Source of the DNA: Rothia mucilaginosa
Lineage (GTDB): Bacteria; Actinomycetota; Actinomycetes; Actinomycetales; Micrococcaceae
Assembly: GCF_963538455.1 (NCBI RefSeq)
Contig: NZ_CAUTHR010000011.1
DNA: 64,000 nucleotides
Direction: 5' to 3' (one strand)
Made by a program: the position numbers and the translations under genes. This document shows positions 18,257 through 26,909 of this stretch, in pieces. The notes beneath the pieces are model-generated. The model made no database searches. It was not told where the DNA came from and was given only the letters and a program-made list of their open reading frames with translations. How positions within the stretch are numbered: position 1 is the first letter of the stretch; each line of letters begins with the position of its first letter.

Positions 18257-21255
18257 TGAGCTCTCAGAAGCAGACCCAGCGTCGGGTCACCACACACACC
18301 CCCACGCTCTTCATCCCCGGCGGCAAGCCCGCCCTCCGCCGCGCCGCCGCATTCCTCTCCGCCGCAGCACTGCTCGCGCTCGCAGGCGCAGCCCCCTCCC
18401 TGCCCGCAGCCGCAGGCCCCGACGACGGCAAAATCGTCACCACCAAGGGTCACGTTGACGCCCCCAAGGCATACTGGGACGAGCAGAACGGCACCTTCGT
18501 CCTCATGAACGAGGCGAACCCCTACAAGACCGGCGCAGACACCTACGAACTGGATAAGACCGTCAACTGGGTCGGCAAGGGCTACAGCACCCGGGACGGT
18601 AAGTCGCAGTACACCATGACCCTGGGCGAATCGCCCTCCCTGGCGTTCCTCGGCGAACCCGGCCAGACCCTCTACATGGCACCGCACCTGACCTACGGCA
18701 ACCAGGACCCCATCTGGGCGGGTCTGGGCGCATCCACGAAGGTACCCACCGAGCGTTTCCGTGACGGCGTGTTCGCTACCGACATCCTCTCCGTTGAGGG
18801 TCCCGGCCGCATGGAACTCTTCCGCTACAACCCGGATGACGCGCCCGCCGACGTGTACCGCATGCTTTCCAGCAGCTCCACCGGCTGGCATTCCTGGCTG
18901 CTCGACAAGGGTAGCCACACCCACAACACCACGACCTTCACCCGCCCCGGCCGCTACGTGGTCACCTACCGTACCGTGGCGCGCTCCACCGACGGCCGCA
19001 TCATCAGCTCCAAGCCGTCGAAGCTGGTCTGGCAGGTTGGCGGCATGCAGCCCGTGCTCGGTGACGGCACCCCCACCGCCGTGCCCACCGTTGACCGCTA
19101 CAATGCGGCACCCGTCGGTGACCTGGACACTGCGAAGTATGCACTCTCCGTGGCACCGCACCGCCTGGATGCCGACCCGGCAAAGAACAAGGACGCTGAC
19201 GACAAGCTCAGCGACATCACCTTCACCGCCGCGAACAAGAACCTCAAGGGCACCCTGACCCTGTACAACAACGGCTACTTCCTCACTGACCTGCCGGTCG
19301 TGAACGGTACCGCCACCTGGTCTGAAATGCTCGGTAGCGAAGGCTCGCAGCTGCAGGCGGTCTTCACCCCCGACACCTCCGACGCGAATAGCGCCGAGGC
19401 GTCCCGCTGGATCTCGCACAAGCTCACCTACGAGCCCGGCCGTGCCGAGAGCGTCTACAGCGACGACGGTAACGGCTCCTGGCCCGAAGAAATCCCGGAT
19501 CAGGCGAACACCGTGCTCAGCACCGAGCAGTACACGCCGACCAGCATGGACTACGACGTGACCGTCACCCCGAACGGCAACGGCTTCAGCACCGTTGAAG
19601 TCCGCTTCAAGGACCCGAAGGTGCGCGGCTTCCTGCGCGGCGGCTTCTACGCCCAGGATGACCCGGTATACCCCTACCTCGATTTGGAAGGCTCCATCGA
19701 GGATGGTGTGGCGCGCTTTACCTTCCGTGACGAGTCCTTCTACAAGGGCACCGCTCTGCGCGTGAAGATGCTGACCCACCCGGACATGAATGCTTCCGCC
19801 TCCACCACTGAGGTTGCGGCGAAGTACGAGCCGGGCACCAAGTACACCGCGCACGGCGCGCTGGCACCGGATAGCGCACCCATTGGCGATGCGCCCAAGC
19901 CTGCCCCGGTGGACCCGGCACCTTCCGCTGAGCCCACCGTCGCGCCGACTGAAGCTCCTTCCGCTGAGCCGAGCGATGCTCCCTCCGAGGCTCCGACCGC
20001 TGAGCCCAGCAACGCTCCGTCGGTATCCCCCAGCGAGGTTCCGACCGTGCCTGCGGTGCCTACCGCCTCCGCAGAGCCGAGTGCACCTGCCCCGGCGCCT
20101 TCTACTCCGGCACCGTCTAGCCCCGCGCCCGCGAACCCGACCCCGAGCGCTCCTGCTCCGACTAGCCCGGCGCCGTCTGCGCAGCCGTCCACCCCCGGAA
20201 CTCCGGGTCACCAGTGCGTGCCCGGCAAGATTGACGGCCGCACTAAGATCTCGCACGGCCACCTGGACATCCAGGCGACCTTGAAGGACCGCCAGCTGTC
20301 CGTGGGTCTGCGTGACGACAGCGGCATCATTGACGCTGATTCGACCGTGCGCCCGCTCGATTCGGTCGTGTGGACCGTCAGCGAGAACGCCCGCCGTGTA
20401 CGCACCGAACGTATGGCTGACGAGAAGCTGAACTTCATGGGCCCGGTCGGCACCGCCTTCTACGGCCTGCCGCAGACCCAGCAGAGCGGCCTGCCTTGGC
20501 CCGGCTACAACACGCAGGACATTGACTACTCGCAGCTGCGTGGCCCGGTGCGCTTGCACGTGGTTCCGAAGGTCATGCCTGAGGGTGCACGCTTCGGCAT
20601 GTTTACCGAGTCGCTGAACGGTGCGGATGTGCTGCTGGATTCGACGACCGGCAAGACCACGATCGACATTGATTACGCAACGCACGCGCACGCGAACTGG
20701 GTGTTCTCTGAGCCCGGCCAGTACATGTTTGACGTGCACTATTCCGCGACCCTGGCTGATGGTACTGAGGTGAACAGCCCGGTGCAGCAGCTTGCGGTTG
20801 CTGTGGGTAAGAAGGCGTCGGATGCGTGCTCGTTTGAGACTGCCGTGCCGAAGGACCCGAACGCTGCCGCGGACGATTTTAGTGGTGTGCGCCGTGTGGA
20901 TTCGGCAACTCCGGGCGGTACCGCTGGCGCTAACCAGCCCGGTTCCGCACAGTCTGGTGCTGCGCAGGCTGGCTCCGGTCAGGTTGGTGCTTCCGGTGCT
21001 GCCGGTGACGTGAACGCTCAGGGTTCGGCTGATGGTTCTGCTGGCGGTGTGTACCCGGGTGGTATCTCCGGTGGCGGTGCTGGTGGCGGCTCCCTGGGTC
21101 AGTCTGGTGTGTCTGCTGCGTCGGGTGGCGCTAGTGCCCAGCAGGGCGGCCTTGCCCGCACTGGTTTCGGTGCGGTGTCTGTGGCTGTGGGTGGCGCACT
21201 GGTGCTTGGTGCGGGCACCGTGATGGTGCTGCGTTCCCGCCGCCGCGCTTCGTAG
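18256..21255 (+). CDS. Sortase-anchored surface protein with two anchored-repeat domains (LARTG)
   Basis: GHVD..SHTHNTTTF and GHLD..THAHANWVF repeats, Pro/Ser/Ala linker, LARTG-TM-RSRRR. Start at ATG 18256 chosen from GAAAGG RBS (18241 is an alternative). Confidence 0.87.
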   Translation: MSSQKQTQRRVTTHTPTLFIPGGKPALRRAAAFLSAAALLALAGAAPSLPAAAGPDDGKIVTTKGHVDAPKAYWDEQNGTFVLMNEANPYKTGADTYELDKTVNWVGKGYSTRDGKSQYTMTLGESPSLAFLGEPGQTLYMAPHLTYGNQDPIWAGLGASTKVPTERFRDGVFATDILSVEGPGRMELFRYNPDDAPADVYRMLSSSSTGWHSWLLDKGSHTHNTTTFTRPGRYVVTYRTVARSTDGRIISSKPSKLVWQVGGMQPVLGDGTPTAVPTVDRYNAAPVGDLDTAKYALSVAPHRLDADPAKNKDADDKLSDITFTAANKNLKGTLTLYNNGYFLTDLPVVNGTATWSEMLGSEGSQLQAVFTPDTSDANSAEASRWISHKLTYEPGRAESVYSDDGNGSWPEEIPDQANTVLSTEQYTPTSMDYDVTVTPNGNGFSTVEVRFKDPKVRGFLRGGFYAQDDPVYPYLDLEGSIEDGVARFTFRDESFYKGTALRVKMLTHPDMNASASTTEVAAKYEPGTKYTAHGALAPDSAPIGDAPKPAPVDPAPSAEPTVAPTEAPSAEPSDAPSEAPTAEPSNAPSVSPSEVPTVPAVPTASAEPSAPAPAPSTPAPSSPAPANPTPSAPAPTSPAPSAQPSTPGTPGHQCVPGKIDGRTKISHGHLDIQATLKDRQLSVGLRDDSGIIDADSTVRPLDSVVWTVSENARRVRTERMADEKLNFMGPVGTAFYGLPQTQQSGLPWPGYNTQDIDYSQLRGPVRLHVVPKVMPEGARFGMFTESLNGADVLLDSTTGKTTIDIDYATHAHANWVFSEPGQYMFDVHYSATLADGTEVNSPVQQLAVAVGKKASDACSFETAVPKDPNAAADDFSGVRRVDSATPGGTAGANQPGSAQSGAAQAGSGQVGASGAAGDVNAQGSADGSAGGVYPGGISGGGAGGGSLGQSGVSAASGGASAQQGGLARTGFGAVSVAVGGALVLGAGTVMVLRSRRRAS

Positions 21256-21286
21256 CGCTCGCTGCGTGAGGACACGCTGATACGAT

Positions 21287-21331
21287 AAAGCCCCCGCGGC
21301 TGAGAGGATGACTCTCGGCTGCGGGGGCTTT
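21287..21331. terminator. Palindromic terminator of the island repeat family
   Basis: AAAGCCCCCGCGGCTGAGAG-N-CTCTCGGCTGCGGGGGCTTT between convergent genes. Confidence 0.8.
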
Positions 21332-21351
21332 ATTTTTAATTTATGAGGTTG

Positions 21352-21744
21352 TTATTCTTTGATTTCTTCAAAGCGGGTCGTATCAAAATCCCGATCTTTT
21401 TTAGTGGATAAGTTTAATACGTGGAATAGGTACTTTTTTCCAGGCTGTGCGGTTTTAACATATTCGGAAATCTTCCAGCCCTCGGGAGCTGCGTACATCG
21501 TGAGAGTGCCGCATTCCTCCGTCTCGAAGACGCCTTTTAACCCGGTGTCAGTCATTCCACTAACATCCGTGCCGCGACGCTCTTGCGCATATGCCTTCGT
21601 TACGGTGCAGGTGGCAGTGATACCGTCGCTGTCATCGCGTGCATTTTGAGGAATGACAAAAAGTATATATGCGCTCAGCAGAGTTAAAGCAATTACTAGA
21701 ATTCTTTCCCGCAATTTATAATTAACTTCCATTGATTCCCTCAT
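21352..21744 (-). CDS. Hypothetical single-TM protein, family C (paralogue of 48250-48780)
   Basis: TM, then CTVT..G.FETEECG..GKKY..RFEEIKE shared with 48250; AT-rich. Confidence 0.75.
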   Translation of the reverse strand: MRESMEVNYKLRERILVIALTLLSAYILFVIPQNARDDSDGITATCTVTKAYAQERRGTDVSGMTDTGLKGVFETEECGTLTMYAAPEGWKISEYVKTAQPGKKYLFHVLNLSTKKDRDFDTTRFEEIKE

Positions 21745-21756
21745 TTCTTGATCGAT

Positions 21757-22413
21757 TTACATGTCGACGTCGGCAAGGCCAGTGACCTTCTCACGACTCC
21801 TGAAATAAGGAATGGTCATATAGCCATTGTCCAGCTTATCTACCTGAGCTACATCAGCGGGATTATTCATGTCAGGCCAACGTTCTTGCTCAATCCTGAA
21901 CCGCACAATTGCCAAAAGCCGGTAACTCTTGTGAGTCATGGGACCAAAAGCAGCAATCAGCTCACCTGATCGGGTGTAAAACCCCACCGTATCCTGGTCT
22001 TCAACATTCAGCGTTTCGTAATACACGATACTGTCTATCGCGTTAATAGGGTAGCGGGTCGGATTAGCTGACCAGACGCGCTGCTCAATACCTTCAGGGG
22101 AGAGCTTCACGTAAGCGACAAAAACATAACGGGCATAAAGATAGCAGAAAAATACAAAAATAATATTTGCTAAATTCAACCAGATATTCACATTTTCACT
22201 TTGAATATTTGCTAGATAAGCTATAAATGGCAGTATTGGAATAAATATACAGAGTAGTGTCTCGGCGCGAGTTACTCGCTTAATATAAATTCCCTGTGCT
22301 TCTTTTTTCTTATCTTGGCGTCGATTAATCTCATACCTAATAATGATGTAGACAGCAGAGATAAAGGACAGCACGAAAATAATTCCGGAGAAAATAATCA
22401 GGAAAATACGCAT
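21757..22413 (-). CDS. Putative immunity membrane protein, family A copy 1
   Basis: 3 TM plus soluble domain ending RFRIEQERWPDM..TGLADVDM; start trimmed to MRIFLI by alignment with paralogues. Confidence 0.8.
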   Translation of the reverse strand: MRIFLIIFSGIIFVLSFISAVYIIIRYEINRRQDKKKEAQGIYIKRVTRAETLLCIFIPILPFIAYLANIQSENVNIWLNLANIIFVFFCYLYARYVFVAYVKLSPEGIEQRVWSANPTRYPINAIDSIVYYETLNVEDQDTVGFYTRSGELIAAFGPMTHKSYRLLAIVRFRIEQERWPDMNNPADVAQVDKLDNGYMTIPYFRSREKVTGLADVDM

Positions 22414-22487
22414 GGTGGGTTCTCGTTTCGTGTGGTTGGTGAATGGGGTTCGGTGTTTGGGTCTATCGTATCGGCTGCCGTGCGGCG

Positions 22488-23177
22488 CTACATCTTGATA
22501 TCCGCTAGGCCGGTGATTTTGTTGCGTCGTCTGTACAGCTTCCTGAACAGGGGTCGGGTCCACTCGAGGCTATCCCACGTATCAACATACGCCAGATCCT
22601 GCGAGTCCCGCAGGTCAGGCCAGCGCTCAAACTCGAGCCGGAACCGTACGATTGCCAGCAGTCGGTGGTTCCTTCCAACGGGGTCTAGCTTGGCGATTTG
22701 CTTGCCTTTCTTGGTGTAGAAGGTGGCGCTGTCGGTCGCTTCCCCATCCCAATCTTCCGCCTCCGCCGTACCTTGGAAGTAGAAAACCTGGTCGATAGCC
22801 CTAATCGGGTAGGGGGTCACGGTAGCGAACGGTGAGAGTTTCTGTTCCACAGTGTCTGGCGTGATTTTCGTGTACACCAGGTGAACGTGCAGAAGGTGGT
22901 AGAGGAAGACCAGCAGCAGGATGAACATCAGCAGGTTGAAGAGGATACCGAGCTCTGCCTGCGTGTAGAGGTAGAACGCGAAGAAACCTGCCGGGAGTGT
23001 GGGCGTGAGGAGGCTTATGAGTGCTTCACGGCGGGGCACGCGCGTAATGTAGATGCCTTCGTCGCGGAGCTCCATGTCCTGGCGCAGGTGCCTATCATGC
23101 AGGATAACGACAATGATGGCGCCGATGATTGATGCGAGGGTGCAGGTGCCCCAGAGTAGAAGGAAAAAGGTGTGCAT
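22488..23177 (-). CDS. Putative immunity membrane protein, family A copy 2 (divergent)
   Basis: EGIYITRV, LLAIVRFRLEFERWPDL, TGLADIKM; GAGGAG RBS. Confidence 0.8.
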   Translation of the reverse strand: MHTFFLLLWGTCTLASIIGAIIVVILHDRHLRQDMELRDEGIYITRVPRREALISLLTPTLPAGFFAFYLYTQAELGILFNLLMFILLLVFLYHLLHVHLVYTKITPDTVEQKLSPFATVTPYPIRAIDQVFYFQGTAEAEDWDGEATDSATFYTKKGKQIAKLDPVGRNHRLLAIVRFRLEFERWPDLRDSQDLAYVDTWDSLEWTRPLFRKLYRRRNKITGLADIKM

Positions 23178-23266
23178 GATGCGTGCTCCTCTTTCGCGGT
23201 GTTGGTGGTGTTCGTGCCGGTCGTGGCTCTTTGGATGTAGGGGGTAGTCGGCGCTTATCGAGCGGG

Positions 23267-23926
23267 CTACATGTCGACGTCGGCGAGGCTAGTTACCTTC
23301 TCACGGCCCCTGAAATAAAGAATGGTCATACCCCTATCGTCCAACTCATTCACCCTCGCCACATCATCCGAATTATTCATATCAGGCCAACGCTCATTCT
23401 CAATCCTGAACCGCACAATCGCCAAGATTCGATAGTTATTGTGGGTAGTCGGACCGAAGGCAGCAATCTGCTTGCCAGAGCGGGTATAGAAGCCCACCAT
23501 ATCCTGGTCTTCAACATTCAGCGTTTCGTAATACACGATGCTGTCTATCGCGTTAATAGGGTAGCGGGTTGGGTTGGCTGACCAGACGCGCTGCTCAATA
23601 CCCTCGGGGGAGAGCTTCACATATGCAACAAGAGTATAGCGACTACAAAGGAAGAAAAATAATACAAGGCCAACACATAGCAAGTTATACCAGATGCCCA
23701 TATTTCCACTATGACTATTGGCCATATAAGCACTAAAAGGGAGTAATGGATTAAATATACAAATCCATACCTCAAAGCGATTTACTCGCCTAATGTAAAT
23801 TCCTTCTGCTTCTTTTTTCTTATCTTGGTGCCGATTAATCTCATACCTAATAATGATGTAGGGGATAGAGAGAATGGACAGCACTAAGATAATTCCCCAG
23901 AAGATACTAAAGATAATATCTAGCAT
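23267..23926 (-). CDS. Putative immunity membrane protein, family A copy 3
   Basis: C-terminal half differs from 33180-33842 at one residue. Confidence 0.82.
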   Translation of the reverse strand: MLDIIFSIFWGIILVLSILSIPYIIIRYEINRHQDKKKEAEGIYIRRVNRFEVWICIFNPLLPFSAYMANSHSGNMGIWYNLLCVGLVLFFFLCSRYTLVAYVKLSPEGIEQRVWSANPTRYPINAIDSIVYYETLNVEDQDMVGFYTRSGKQIAAFGPTTHNNYRILAIVRFRIENERWPDMNNSDDVARVNELDDRGMTILYFRGREKVTSLADVDM

Positions 23927-23929
23927 GCT

Positions 23930-24805
23930 TTACTCAGCCTCCTGAACGCTAGCATGAGAAGAGGAATCCACTTCTTCCTCCTCGGGAATAGAAATACCCA
24001 CGGTGACGTACTTTTTCACCGACCACCCATTCATCGCCACCGAGGTAGCAAAGAACAGCGCAGGCAACCACTCCAGGCGAACCAGCGAATAGCCCAGGTA
24101 CCCGAGCGCGATACACCCCGCCAGGCCAGCCACGCCAATACACACGGCACGCAAGGTGCGGTACCCCTCAGACCCCTCCTCAAAGCGGGTGCCCTGCAGG
24201 TAGAAGAGGCCCTCACGCACAACACGCAGGAACCCCGGGGCCAGGAAAAGTGCAACCGCCAGAGCCGCCGGATCATAGCCTGCAGTTATGAAACTGGTCA
24301 GAGGAACCACGAGGCACAGAACCGTGAAAATAGCCGCTGATATAACGCCCACGCGGGTTGAGCGCCTGTCCATCTGCTCCATGCGCTGCAGGTCGGGAAT
24401 ATCGTCGTTAGGTTCGGTCGGCTGAATGAGGAAGTAGGTAATGAATATTCCGCCAGCCATGTACCAGGAGGCGAAGTTCGTCTCAGGGGTCCACAGCACT
24501 GCATCCGCAGTGCGTAGTACCCCAAAAGCGGTCAGAGCCGTCAAGATAATCAAGCCTACCGCGCTGATGGAGTGAACGAAGATAAAGAAGTGGTGGAAGA
24601 GACCGCCATTTGATTCATAGCCAATACCTCCCTTGAGTACTGTATCTATGGCTGAGAGGCCTATAGGACCTGCAACGAAGAACATTGCGCCCCACGGCCA
24701 GCCCCCAAAAATGCACGATAACAACGACACAAGAATCATGAAGCTAAAGCAGAACCATAGGAAGATTAGCCATAAGATTCTGAAGGTTTCAGAGATAGCG
24801 TTCAT
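23930..24805 (-). CDS. Multi-TM hypothetical protein, family B (paralogue of 47320-48222)
   Basis: About 8 TM; shares P.D.IP.L.RME, SF.TAGY.P, FEEG..GY..LR, YVTVG..IPE with 47320. Confidence 0.8.
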   Translation of the reverse strand: MNAISETFRILWLIFLWFCFSFMILVSLLSCIFGGWPWGAMFFVAGPIGLSAIDTVLKGGIGYESNGGLFHHFFIFVHSISAVGLIILTALTAFGVLRTADAVLWTPETNFASWYMAGGIFITYFLIQPTEPNDDIPDLQRMEQMDRRSTRVGVISAAIFTVLCLVVPLTSFITAGYDPAALAVALFLAPGFLRVVREGLFYLQGTRFEEGSEGYRTLRAVCIGVAGLAGCIALGYLGYSLVRLEWLPALFFATSVAMNGWSVKKYVTVGISIPEEEEVDSSSHASVQEAE

Positions 24806-24821
24806 GCTATTTCCCTTTCAA

Positions 24822-25493
24822 CTATTTGGACTCTGCCGCAGCACGGTCGAGGATGCGCTGTAGATGTTCCGGGATCTGTCGGTACTCCCCAGCCTCGGGG
24901 GAGCCAATTTCGTACTTGCGGGCGTAGCAGATGACTTTGATCAGGGCGTCCATGTCCTCGTAATCGCCGAACTCTACGAAGAGCTCGGGGATGTACTTGG
25001 GCGGCCAAACGCCGTAGCGCTCACGGAATAGGATCATGTGGTAGATGTAGGTGGCGTCAAAGAAGACCGGACTAAACGCCAGGCGGCGCTTACCCATCTG
25101 GCTACTACTAATTACGAGGTAGCCGCCTTTACCATTAGCTTGCATGTGTATTTTGGTGATGCTGCTGTAGTCGAACTCGCGGGTTTTAAACCGCCAGTTC
25201 CGCCATCTCACGGAGGTCTCATTCTGCTGGACGTAGAAGGAATTGGTGTGAATAGCTAAGAACCAAAAGAACAAACCGACAATATTTGAAAATACAAACA
25301 TAGAAATCAGTTCTTCCGTATCACGTGAGATTTCTAATGGCAGCAAGAAGCACACTATCAATACAAAGGAATCTGCAGCTAGTACAGCCAGCAGCGGCTT
25401 TTTCTGCCGCTGCCCTAGGGGAATGTAGCCTTTGGGGCGATTGAGGCCGATGGAGCCGTTGGTGACGGTTTCGGCAAGGAATTTTCTGAACAT
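24822..25493 (-). CDS. 2-TM protein with PH-like soluble domain (possibly distant relative of family A)
   Basis: Two TMs, then YVQQNETSVRWRN..EFDYSSI..ILFRERYGVWP, echoing the family A layout. Confidence 0.7.
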   Translation of the reverse strand: MFRKFLAETVTNGSIGLNRPKGYIPLGQRQKKPLLAVLAADSFVLIVCFLLPLEISRDTEELISMFVFSNIVGLFFWFLAIHTNSFYVQQNETSVRWRNWRFKTREFDYSSITKIHMQANGKGGYLVISSSQMGKRRLAFSPVFFDATYIYHMILFRERYGVWPPKYIPELFVEFGDYEDMDALIKVICYARKYEIGSPEAGEYRQIPEHLQRILDRAAAESK

Positions 25494-25659
25494 TCGCTGT
25501 CCTAGCGTGGTTGGTGAATAGAGGCTGCGCAGCCATCGCGCAGGGTGGAGGCGGCGCCTCCAGAAGATATGGTTGAGGGGCGCCCGCAGGTGCGGCGACT
25601 GCCGCGTGAACGAACGCCCCCACCCATCACATCATCGGTCGATAAACCAGACGGTTGGT

Positions 25660-26142
25660 CTACTTGTCGTTGTCTACAGGGTAGAGCCAGCCGCCGTATG
25701 CGCAGTAACGCTTACCGTCCTTCTCGGTGTAGTAGGCGCCCACGAATTCCTTGCTCTCACACTTCTGGATTGCTTCGCGAGCCATCTGCTCACGCTCCGC
25801 ACGCTTCTGAGCGCGCACATTGTTACCCAGAACGAAGGTGGCCATCGCAACCGCGACCAGTACGAGCGAAATGATGGCCATGACCTTGCCCTTGCCGGTG
25901 CCGCGCTTGACCATGACTAGGGCAATAATCGCGAAAATAACGGTCGGGATTGCGGTGAATGCGCCCAGGATAATGATGCCGGTCAGGGCGGAGATAATGC
26001 CCAGGACTAGTGCGGTTACTGCCGCCCACTTCTTCTTTTTCGGTGCTTCGACGGGTGCGCCGTGTGCGGGCTGTGCGGCGGGTGCTTGCTGGGTGAACTG
26101 CGGCTGCTGCGGTGCAGCCGGCTGCAGGGTGTTGTCAGACAT
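25660..26142 (-). CDS. DUF4190-like small membrane protein
   Basis: Gln/Pro-rich N-terminus, AVTALVLGIIS..IIAL..GKGKVMAIISLVL; start trimmed to ATG 26142 (AGAGGA RBS). Confidence 0.7.
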   Translation of the reverse strand: MSDNTLQPAAPQQPQFTQQAPAAQPAHGAPVEAPKKKKWAAVTALVLGIISALTGIIILGAFTAIPTVIFAIIALVMVKRGTGKGKVMAIISLVLVAVAMATFVLGNNVRAQKRAEREQMAREAIQKCESKEFVGAYYTEKDGKRYCAYGGWLYPVDNDK

Positions 26143-26444
26143 GAAAGTCCTCTTTTCGTGTGTGGTTGGTGATTCTATTGATGGGGTGCCACCCCGAGTG
26201 GGCTGGCATTTCCTAAGGATACCGTAGCGAGAGAAATCCCTTGATGAGAGTAGATAAATGTATATGCACGCACTGTTGTGCAATGTCTACTATGAGAAAT
26301 TTTTCTCACAACAGGGCGCAGAGGGTGCGCTTTGCCGCGAAATAGTGTAATGTTCGAAGTGGTGCAAAGCACTAACGGTGCGTATTTGATATTCGCGTAT
26401 CTAATGCACATCTTCCGGCAACTCAACGACGAAAGAGGAACATC

Positions 26445-26729
26445 GTGTCCGATCGCGTACTCTCATCGCAGGCAGCCAAGGATGCCATTACTGCTCTCCA
26501 GAACATCATCAATGGCGGTCTGCAGAACGAAATTAACAACCTCAACCAGCAGGGTAACCAGCTGAAGGACCCCAACAACTGGGACGGCCCCCTGGCTGAG
26601 CGTTTCCGCAATGACACCTGGCCCGGTGTAGAAAACACCCTGCGTAACCTGACTCAGGAACTGACTGACCTGCGCGAGCAGCTCAACCAGATTTCTACCG
26701 ATATCTTCCAGGCAGGTGGCGGCTCCTAA
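26445..26729 (+). CDS. WXG100/EsxA-like secreted protein
   Basis: 94 aa, helix-W-D-G-helix (NNWDGPLAERF), GAGGA RBS, directly upstream of Rhs. Confidence 0.85.
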   Translation: MSDRVLSSQAAKDAITALQNIINGGLQNEINNLNQQGNQLKDPNNWDGPLAERFRNDTWPGVENTLRNLTQELTDLREQLNQISTDIFQAGGGS

Positions 26730-26740
26730 GCCTTCCCTGG

Positions 26741-26802
26741 TAAACGCCGTTTACCGCCCCGCTCCCCGGCTACGGGGCGGTGAGCGGTAGGCGGCGTTTT
26801 CT
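26741..26802 (+). terminator. Hairpin between WXG100 and Rhs genes
   Basis: AAACGCCG..TACCGC..GCGGTA..CGGCGTTTT long stem with T-run. Confidence 0.65.
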
Positions 26803-26909
26803 GTTATTCGGTTATACCCACGTTGTTTTCCAGGCATGGTGTACATGTCTGTCTACATCTGTTTAATCACCACACTTCCGAACCAATCACACCCGAAAGG
26901 CGGCAGAGC

